Of a stretch of 58,823 bases of DNA, positions 52,526-58,823 are shown in pieces. The notes under the pieces are model-generated. The model saw only the letters and a program-made list of their open reading frames with translations, was not told where the DNA came from and ran no database searches. This DNA is from Patescibacteria group bacterium (GTDB taxonomy: Bacteria > Patescibacteriota > Minisyncoccia > Phycocordibacterales > Zambryskibacteraceae), in assembly GCA_004322205.1 (NCBI GenBank), contig SCSN01000007.1:1-58823 (forward strand). The letters are read 5' to 3'. The translations under genes and the position numbers were made by a program. Numbering within the stretch: position 1 is the first letter of the stretch; each line of letters opens with the position of its first letter.

Positions 52526-54307
52526 CTAAATCTCCGATGTTACAACTCTTAAGACTTCCTCAATCGAGGTAATGCCCTGCACAGCCTTAAAAACGCCGTC
52601 TTCTGTCATGGTAAGCATCCCCTCCTTCTTCGCCCGCTCTTCTATTTGCTCTGTTGTCGCTCCTCTCATCACAAGCTCTTTGATGGCCGAGGTCATCTGA
52701 AGCACTTCATGAATGCCGATGCGGCTCTTGTACCCGTCATCCGAATCGCCCGACGGTTTTGGTTTGTAAAAAGCAATTTTGTCCCAGTTGGCGCTTTTAT
52801 CAACTATCTTCTCCTCTTTGAGGGAGAGCAGGACCCGATTCATGTCCGCCATCTTCTCGAGCGCATCGAATTCGTTCTTGGAGAGATAGTATTTCTCTTT
52901 GGTCTCGGTCAGACGGCGAATGAGTCTTTGAGCGACAGCAACCGAAAGCGTTGAGACGAGAAGAAACGGTTCGGCTTTCATGTCGAGAAGCCGTGCAATG
53001 GATCCCGCCGCTGAATTGGTGTGAAGCGAGGAGAGCACCAGATGACCGGTGAGCGCGGCGTTGACCGCAAGCGAGGCAGTCTCGGTGTCGCGGATCTCGC
53101 CGACCATAATGATGTCGGGGTCTTGGCGCACCAGAGTGCGCAGTCCGGTGGCAAAACTGAATCCGATTTCCGGCTTGACTTGGGTTTGGTTGACGCGCTT
53201 GAGCTGATACTCGATGGGGTCCTCGATGGTTGAAATATTGACGTCGGGAGTGTTTAAAATATCGAGTAGGGTGTAGAGGGTGGTGGTCTTGCCCGAGCCG
53301 GTCGGACCGGTGGTGAGAATCATGCCGACCGCAAGTTTGGTGGCTCGGTGAAGCTTCTCAATACCTTCGCCGTGAAACCCAAGGCCCTCGAGAGTAAAGC
53401 CCGAAACGTTTTCCGGCAGGAGACGCAAAGCAGTCTTTTCTCCGTAATAGATTGGAAGTGTCGAGACGCGGAAAGAGACTCGCTGGCCACTCATGTCAAT
53501 TTTGAACCGCCCGTCTTGAGGCATGCGCTTCTCATCAAGCTTCATTCCCGAGAGCACTTTGACGCGAGCGGTGATCGCCCCGGCAACATTTTTGGGAAGG
53601 ACCATGGCGTCACGTAAGAGCCCGTCAATGCGGTAGCGCACCAAGACTTGGTTCTCCATCGGCTCGATATGAATGTCGGAAGCATCCTGGAGAATGGCGT
53701 GCTTAAGAAGCGTATCAAGAATCCGCACAACCGGAATATCTTCCGCCAATTTCTTGAGATCGTCTTCGCTCACTTCCTCTTCTCCTTTCTCGGAAACTGC
53801 CTTGAGGGTGTCCGCCTCTTTCTGAATAATGTCGCCGAATTCCGCTTTGAGACTCTTTTGGTAGTTGAGCAGGGCGCTCTTCATCGATTCGGAGTCGGTC
53901 AGGCGCGGCAGAATTTTGAGTCCCGTTTTTTTACGGATAAAGTCAATGGCGGCAAGGTCTTCGGTGTCAAGCATTGCCACCTCGAGAGAATCACCCGTCT
54001 TGCGGAAGGCAACAATGTTGTGGTTGCGGGCAATGGGCTCGGGAATGAGAGAGAGCACTTCAAAGTCAAGCCGCTGACCCCTTAGGTCAACAAAAGGAAT
54101 GCCAAGGACATAGGCTTGCATCCGCCGCAAATCATCATCAGTGAGACTGCCCTTGCCCACCAGAATTTTGCCGACGGAGATTTTCTTTTTTTCCGCTTCC
54201 CGCTCCGCCTTCTCCAGATCGGCCCGGGAGACCAGCCCCGAATCGAGAATAAATTCCTTGAGTTGTTTTTCTTCGATGTGCACGGAGATAGCTGCGACCA
54301 ACAACAA
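52526..54307 (-). CDS. pilB: Type IV pilus assembly ATPase PilB (GspE family)
   Basis: 593 aa, Walker A GPTGSGKTT, Asp/His boxes, N-terminal GSPII domain. The exact start (TTG/GTG) is uncertain. Confidence 0.92.
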   Translation of the reverse strand: MLLVAAISVHIEEKQLKEFILDSGLVSRADLEKAEREAEKKKISVGKILVGKGSLTDDDLRRMQAYVLGIPFVDLRGQRLDFEVLSLIPEPIARNHNIVAFRKTGDSLEVAMLDTEDLAAIDFIRKKTGLKILPRLTDSESMKSALLNYQKSLKAEFGDIIQKEADTLKAVSEKGEEEVSEDDLKKLAEDIPVVRILDTLLKHAILQDASDIHIEPMENQVLVRYRIDGLLRDAMVLPKNVAGAITARVKVLSGMKLDEKRMPQDGRFKIDMSGQRVSFRVSTLPIYYGEKTALRLLPENVSGFTLEGLGFHGEGIEKLHRATKLAVGMILTTGPTGSGKTTTLYTLLDILNTPDVNISTIEDPIEYQLKRVNQTQVKPEIGFSFATGLRTLVRQDPDIIMVGEIRDTETASLAVNAALTGHLVLSSLHTNSAAGSIARLLDMKAEPFLLVSTLSVAVAQRLIRRLTETKEKYYLSKNEFDALEKMADMNRVLLSLKEEKIVDKSANWDKIAFYKPKPSGDSDDGYKSRIGIHEVLQMTSAIKELVMRGATTEQIEERAKKEGMLTMTEDGVFKAVQGITSIEEVLRVVTSEI

Positions 54308-54331
54308 ACGACTTACGACAAATTATACACC

Positions 54332-54363
54332 AAAAACCTTCTGCCGACGCAGAAGGTTTTTTT
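54332..54363. terminator. Bidirectional terminator upstream of pilB
   Basis: aaaaa-ccttctgc-cgac-gcagaagg-ttttttt. Confidence 0.8.
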
Positions 54364-54542
54364 ATTCCTTTTGAATTACGCAGTTGTAGGTTGTTAGTCG
54401 TTGGTCGCAGGTTGTCAGTTAATCTCTCCACATTCATCTCCGTAGCAGAGATACAGAGATGAATGCGGAGAGAGAGGGAAGGGGGTCGGGGAAACGGGAG
54501 TTTCCCCGTGGCGGAGAGCAGCCCCGCTAGAGGTGGGGCGTT

Positions 54543-54600
54543 GAGAACGGAAGAGTTCTCAAAATAAATCTCCTCGCCCCAAGGGGCGAGGAGATTTATT
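54543..54600 (-). terminator. Tandem hairpins after the 1135-aa gene
   Basis: aataaatctcctcgcccc/ggggcgaggagatttatt plus gagaac-ggaaga-gttctc. Confidence 0.7.
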
Positions 54601-57600
54601 CAAAACTCCTGAAACTTTGGTTTGACTTGGACTTGCACCGTGCCGATTCCGTTCACTCCGCCGGAGCAGGAAGTGGTCTGGCTGTTGAAGAGATCGGTCA
54701 CCAAGACGTCGGCGGTCTTGAGTCCGGTTGTTTGGTAGGTGATGAAGTAAGGATTAGTAGAGGGAGCCGGTGACGCCGGAATATCCGTGCCTGACCATGA
54801 ATAGCTGAAGGGTCCCGTGCCGCCGGAGAGAATCGCATCCCAGCGGACTTGCTGACCGACTTGCGCCGGTGACGGCGAGGCGACGCAGGAGACGGAAAGC
54901 GAGGGCGGCGCGCTGACATTCACCGTGAAAGAGGTAACGTCGTCGCCGGGCGTTGCCGTAGAGGGCGAGCCCGAGACAGTTACCGTGTAAATCCCCGGAG
55001 TAGCCGAGCCCGAAACAGCTACATCCACATAACCAGTGCAGGTCGGCGTGCAACTTTGATTCGGATATCCGGAGATACTCACTCCCTGCCCCGATGGACT
55101 AACTGACGCAGAAAGTGTGACACTCTGTGCCGAGCCCGAGGTCAGAGTTTTCGCAATAGCGCATTGAACCGTCGCCCCTTGCGGAGTCGAGAGAGCGCAG
55201 GTATTTGTGAGCTGGTAATCAAACACCGGCACAGCAGTGTAGGTGAGAGTAAATTGCTTGGTCTGCCCCGGAATTAAATTCATCGTTGAGCCGGAGCCGT
55301 CAGAGTTTGAGATAGTCGGCGGAAAGTTGTAGCCGCCAACGCTTCCCGGCGAGATGGTGTAGCTTGTGCCGCCCGGCGCCGCCGCAGGATTGACTGTATG
55401 CAAGACATTTGTGCCCGAACCGCTGACGCTCCCGGGATTAATAGTCCAAGTCGCCGAGACATTTGAGACCACGTTGATGGTTGCCTGTGAACTTAGGTTG
55501 ACTGTGGCGGTTCCCCGAGTGGTTCCTCCGAGGCCAGTGCAGTCCAGATAGAATGAAGTTGAGCTGTTAATAGGACCGACTCCGCTTTGACTGCCCGATG
55601 CAACTGGTGTTTTTGACCCGCTCCAGTTGGCGATCAAACTGCTGTTGGATGCCGTGCATGACGCGGCGTTGGTGGAAGTCCATGAAAGAGTGGTTGTGCC
55701 CCCGCTTAAAACAGTTGTCGGATTAGCGGTGAGAGTAACAGTCGGCGCAACATTTACCGCAAAACTGTCATTAGTCGTGCCGTTGGTGTTTGAACAGGAA
55801 AGTGTATAGGTGGTGTTGGCGGTCACTGGTCCGATGTTTGTCTGGTTGTGTGTGCCGTTAGTTGCCGTCTTTGCTCCTGACCAACCCCCCGATGCGCTGC
55901 AACTTGTCGCGCCTGACACTGCCCACTGCAGATCAATTCTGCTTCCAGAACTGACGCCGAGCGGTCCCTGTCCGTATGAGCCAGAGCTTGAGAGCCGACC
56001 GGTGAGGTCAACTGTCGGCCCGGCGCAGGCCGCCGAAGCCGCGGCGCTTGCTTGGCTGGAGTTTGCCGAGCCGCCGTTGGCGTTGAAGGTGCGGACTACA
56101 TAGTAGTAAGTTACCCCCGGTGTCAGAGCAGAGTCCTGATATGTCGTAGTCGTCAACCCAGAGACAACAGTCGTGCCGTACGGTCCGCCTGATGCGGTGC
56201 CGCGATAGACCGTGTAACTTGTAGCGTTAGCCGAGGCATTCCAAGACAAGTTGATCCGCCCCCCGCAAGTTGGTGAAGTTACAGCAGAAAGCCCGCTCGG
56301 GACTTGCGGTGTGGTTACTATTGTTACAGAGTCGTTTGCTGTTCCACCTGCACCGGTGCAAGAGATGGAGTAAGTGTTGCTCCCTGCAGTCAGAGCTCCG
56401 GTTGAAACACCGGTTGAATTGTTTGCCGCTCCGCCGGTTGAGAAATTGGTGCCGGTGCAGCTCGTGGCATTGGTGGAAGACCAGCGCAGGGTGGCGGACG
56501 CACCGTAGGCAACGGTGATCGGCCCTTGAGAGCTGTTGGCGGTAATGTCTGCGGTCGGGACAGCACAAGCGCTCGGCGCTGTCCCATTCACTGCGGGAGA
56601 GGACTGTGCTGAGGAACCAGCACTGTTAGTGGCTCTCACTGTGTAGCTGTAGGAGGCAGCAGCAGTAAGTCCCGTATCTATAAAAGAGGTCCCCGGTCCG
56701 CTATAAATTTGTGTCCCCCCCCTAAACAACTGATAGCTTGTGGCACCACTCGAGGTGTTCCAGGAAAGCGTAATCTGACCTGTGCCACACGCGCCGGGAG
56801 TTGCAGTCAGACCAGTTGGGGTGGGTGGTGGAACAACGCACGCGGCCGAGGCTACTGCCGAGACAGTGTTTGAATCGAGTGAATCAATCGTTCCATTCGT
56901 AGTGCGGACAGTGTATGAATAACTTGTGCTCGGAGTTAGCCCAGTATCGGTATACGAAGTTCCTGAAACTTGGATAACAAAAGTTCCGTTTCTGTAAATT
57001 TTATATCCGGTCGCGCCGGAAACAGAATTCCACGATAAATCAACCTGCCCTCCGCAAGAAGTGCCAGTGGTAGCAATCAGCGTCGGAGCAGGCAATACAT
57101 TTACCGTTACAAAATCGATTGCTGGGCCTGCATTGCCGGAACAGCTTATTGAATAAGCAGTATTTGAAGTAACAGGACCTATTCCTAACTGGGTGTAAGT
57201 GCCGTCGGGAGTAAATGTCTTTGACCCTGACCAGCCGCCGGAAGCGCTGCAGCTTGTCGCCTGGAAACTTGACCAGGACAAATCAACATTACTGCCGGAG
57301 GGAATAGTAATTGGCCCGTTACCATACGAACCGCTTCCGGCCAATCTCACCTTAAGATCAACAGATACTTGCGGGGGTGGAGGAGGTGGAGCACATTGAA
57401 TATCAAACACTTGCGCACTACCCGGGAAAAGAGTGAGCGACGATCCTCCGCCGAGAGAGTTGGTGATCGTGGGGCTACTGCATCCGGACACGCTGATTGT
57501 ATAGAGAGTCCCGATGCTATCAGGGCGTGTGTTATAAGGACCGCCCGAAGTCCCGGACCCGGAAGCAATAGTTATACCACCGGCAACAATCGTCCATGAG

Positions 57601-58007
57601 GCGGAAGAATCATTTGAGGTGACGCTAAGAGTTGCATCGCAGTCAGAAGTTGTGAAAGTTCCCTGAAACGAGCCGGGAAGCCAAATGTCACTTTCCGGGA
57701 AAGCGTAATAGGTATAGGAAGTATTGTCTGGCAAAGGATAGTCATAGTGTCGGAAGGGGAGTGGCTGAATATTACCCACCAACAAAGGTCCCGGATATGG
57801 TCTATAGAGGTCATAGTATGTCGCCGGCTGGTTGAAGCGGTCGTTGCCCTGCGGCCAACTTAAAAACATGCCGGCTTGCGCGGAGGGTCCGCCAGAACAA
57901 TAAGGCGATCCCGACATTGCGCTCTGCGCGTAGGCGCTTGAGGACAGAAGAAGAGAAAGTGAAGCGGCGAAGATGGAAAGAAAGTACAGTTTTGATTTTT
58001 GACTCAT
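54600..58007 (-). CDS. Giant secreted surface protein (Ig-like, FN3-like and PKD-like repeats)
   Basis: 1135 aa with a signal peptide ..SSSAYA. FN3-like repeats (LSWNSVSGATGYKIYRNG..YSYTVR). The same Cys-pair module as in 10225..14490 (W.S..ATSC.ASGGWSG....Y.L.C). C-terminal PKD-like segment. Confidence 0.85.
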   Translation of the reverse strand: MSQKSKLYFLSIFAASLSLLLSSSAYAQSAMSGSPYCSGGPSAQAGMFLSWPQGNDRFNQPATYYDLYRPYPGPLLVGNIQPLPFRHYDYPLPDNTSYTYYAFPESDIWLPGSFQGTFTTSDCDATLSVTSNDSSASWTIVAGGITIASGSGTSGGPYNTRPDSIGTLYTISVSGCSSPTITNSLGGGSSLTLFPGSAQVFDIQCAPPPPPPQVSVDLKVRLAGSGSYGNGPITIPSGSNVDLSWSSFQATSCSASGGWSGSKTFTPDGTYTQLGIGPVTSNTAYSISCSGNAGPAIDFVTVNVLPAPTLIATTGTSCGGQVDLSWNSVSGATGYKIYRNGTFVIQVSGTSYTDTGLTPSTSYSYTVRTTNGTIDSLDSNTVSAVASAACVVPPPTPTGLTATPGACGTGQITLSWNTSSGATSYQLFRGGTQIYSGPGTSFIDTGLTAAASYSYTVRATNSAGSSAQSSPAVNGTAPSACAVPTADITANSSQGPITVAYGASATLRWSSTNATSCTGTNFSTGGAANNSTGVSTGALTAGSNTYSISCTGAGGTANDSVTIVTTPQVPSGLSAVTSPTCGGRINLSWNASANATSYTVYRGTASGGPYGTTVVSGLTTTTYQDSALTPGVTYYYVVRTFNANGGSANSSQASAAASAACAGPTVDLTGRLSSSGSYGQGPLGVSSGSRIDLQWAVSGATSCSASGGWSGAKTATNGTHNQTNIGPVTANTTYTLSCSNTNGTTNDSFAVNVAPTVTLTANPTTVLSGGTTTLSWTSTNAASCTASNSSLIANWSGSKTPVASGSQSGVGPINSSTSFYLDCTGLGGTTRGTATVNLSSQATINVVSNVSATWTINPGSVSGSGTNVLHTVNPAAAPGGTSYTISPGSVGGYNFPPTISNSDGSGSTMNLIPGQTKQFTLTYTAVPVFDYQLTNTCALSTPQGATVQCAIAKTLTSGSAQSVTLSASVSPSGQGVSISGYPNQSCTPTCTGYVDVAVSGSATPGIYTVTVSGSPSTATPGDDVTSFTVNVSAPPSLSVSCVASPSPAQVGQQVRWDAILSGGTGPFSYSWSGTDIPASPAPSTNPYFITYQTTGLKTADVLVTDLFNSQTTSCSGGVNGIGTVQVQVKPKFQEF

Positions 58008-58039
58008 GGTACTTACAGAAATTTATGCAAGTCTTCCCT

Positions 58040-58603
58040 TTACTGCTTGGCAAGATAGCTCAACTGAACATACGTTTTTCCTTCAACGCTCTTGATGAGA
58101 ATAAGGAGGCTATTCTCCGACTTGGTTCCGTATAGAATACCCTCTTTTTCATTCTTACCGTCCGTACCAAATGAAAATCCGTCCTTTATCATAAAGTCGG
58201 CATATTCCTTGAATTTTTCTGCGGGAGATTTTGCTGTCTTGTAGCTCACGGTGTATTGAGTAACGCCGCGGTCATTGTAATCCATCCGATAGCTCTCAAA
58301 GGCGTCTTTGGTCTCGACGGGAATGTTGCTCGGGAAACCCGCGGGCAGCCGCTCCGCTTCTGTTTTGGCAGTGGCAAGATTAATGTTCTGAATGCTCACA
58401 TTCTCCTTAGTTACGGGGAAAGAAGGTTGTTTTTGGGTAGTCGGAACAGAATATGACGAATGCATCATAAAGTAGGCAACGCCGACAAGGATAATTGCAA
58501 AAACTACCAGCACAGCAACACTCTTGTTGGCTTGCCCGGGGCTTGCTTGTGGTGAGCTTGTCGAACCAGTCGAAGGGCCGCTTGAATAGTTTTCTGGAGG
58601 CAT
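58040..58603 (-). CDS. Membrane-anchored extracytoplasmic protein, unknown function
   Basis: 187 aa with a Ser/Pro-rich N-terminus, one TM helix (VAVLVVFAIILVGVAYFMM) and a globular C-terminal domain. Confidence 0.6.
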   Translation of the reverse strand: MPPENYSSGPSTGSTSSPQASPGQANKSVAVLVVFAIILVGVAYFMMHSSYSVPTTQKQPSFPVTKENVSIQNINLATAKTEAERLPAGFPSNIPVETKDAFESYRMDYNDRGVTQYTVSYKTAKSPAEKFKEYADFMIKDGFSFGTDGKNEKEGILYGTKSENSLLILIKSVEGKTYVQLSYLAKQ

Positions 58604-58652
58604 GATGATGTAAATAACTTATAAAATGAGCTTTTTAAAGAATATTCGTAGC

Positions 58653-58683
58653 CATTCGTATCATTCGCATTATTCGTATATTC
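58653..58683. repeat. 31-nt element cattcgtatcattcgcaYtattcgtatattc (copy 2)
   Basis: See 52492-52522. Embedded in further ATTCGTA-type words. Confidence 0.7.
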
Positions 58684-58823
58684 GTATATCAACGTATGTC
58701 AACTCCAAAAATTATAGCACGAAAATAAGGCTTGAATGGTGGTTGTGCACAACCTGTTCATAATCTGGGTACAGCTCCTTGTAAGAGTGGAAGTTTTATT
58801 GTACAATCCCCCCAGAAGCTCTT

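Noticed and set aside
58740-58780. ggttgtgcacaacc palindrome near the window end as a DnaA box or origin signal
   Set aside because: It is a single short palindrome with no TTATCCACA-like cluster and no AT-rich unwinding element or dnaA context in view.

Overview
58.8-kb window that looks like a small-genome Patescibacteria/CPR-type bacterium. This is an inference from four things: L30 is absent between rpsE and rplO, native genes are Shine-Dalgarno (SD)-poor or leaderless, there are giant repeat-rich surface proteins, and there are type IV pilus plus ComEC genes.

Core content:
- ftsH, smpB-ssrA (tmRNA), tRNA-Val and tRNA-Ala, and infC-rpmI-rplT.
- A long minus-strand str/S10/spc ribosomal super-operon (rpsL-rpsG-fusA, tuf-rpsJ through rplO-secY-adk-map, about 16.8-36.3 kb).
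- rpmB, a split comEC, an Fe/Mn SOD, rnhA, recJ, a HIT protein and pgk-tpiA.
- A pilB-pilC-pseudopilin cluster and two giant secreted proteins (1421 and 1135 aa).

Unusual content:
1. Five visibly GC-richer orphan genes. Four have a recognisable sigma70-type promoter, and all five have a canonical SD that native genes lack. One is wedged between rplB and rpsS. One is a radical SAM gene abutting the tmRNA. One is a frame-disrupted Zn-ribbon gene with a duplicated C-terminal remnant.
2. Two families of roughly 100-130-bp hairpin elements with terminal inverted repeats, sitting in ribosomal-operon spacers.
3. A 26-bp perfect palindrome present three times around a TrpR-like regulator.
4. A PaaX/Cas2-fold gene inserted antisense between fusA and tuf.
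5. A recurrent TATAAT-N6-ATG (leaderless) architecture.
6. An 18-bp perfect helix that sequesters the tmRNA 5' end.

No CRISPR array, transposase or integrase was seen. All calls come from reading the sequence and the ORF track; no database search was run.
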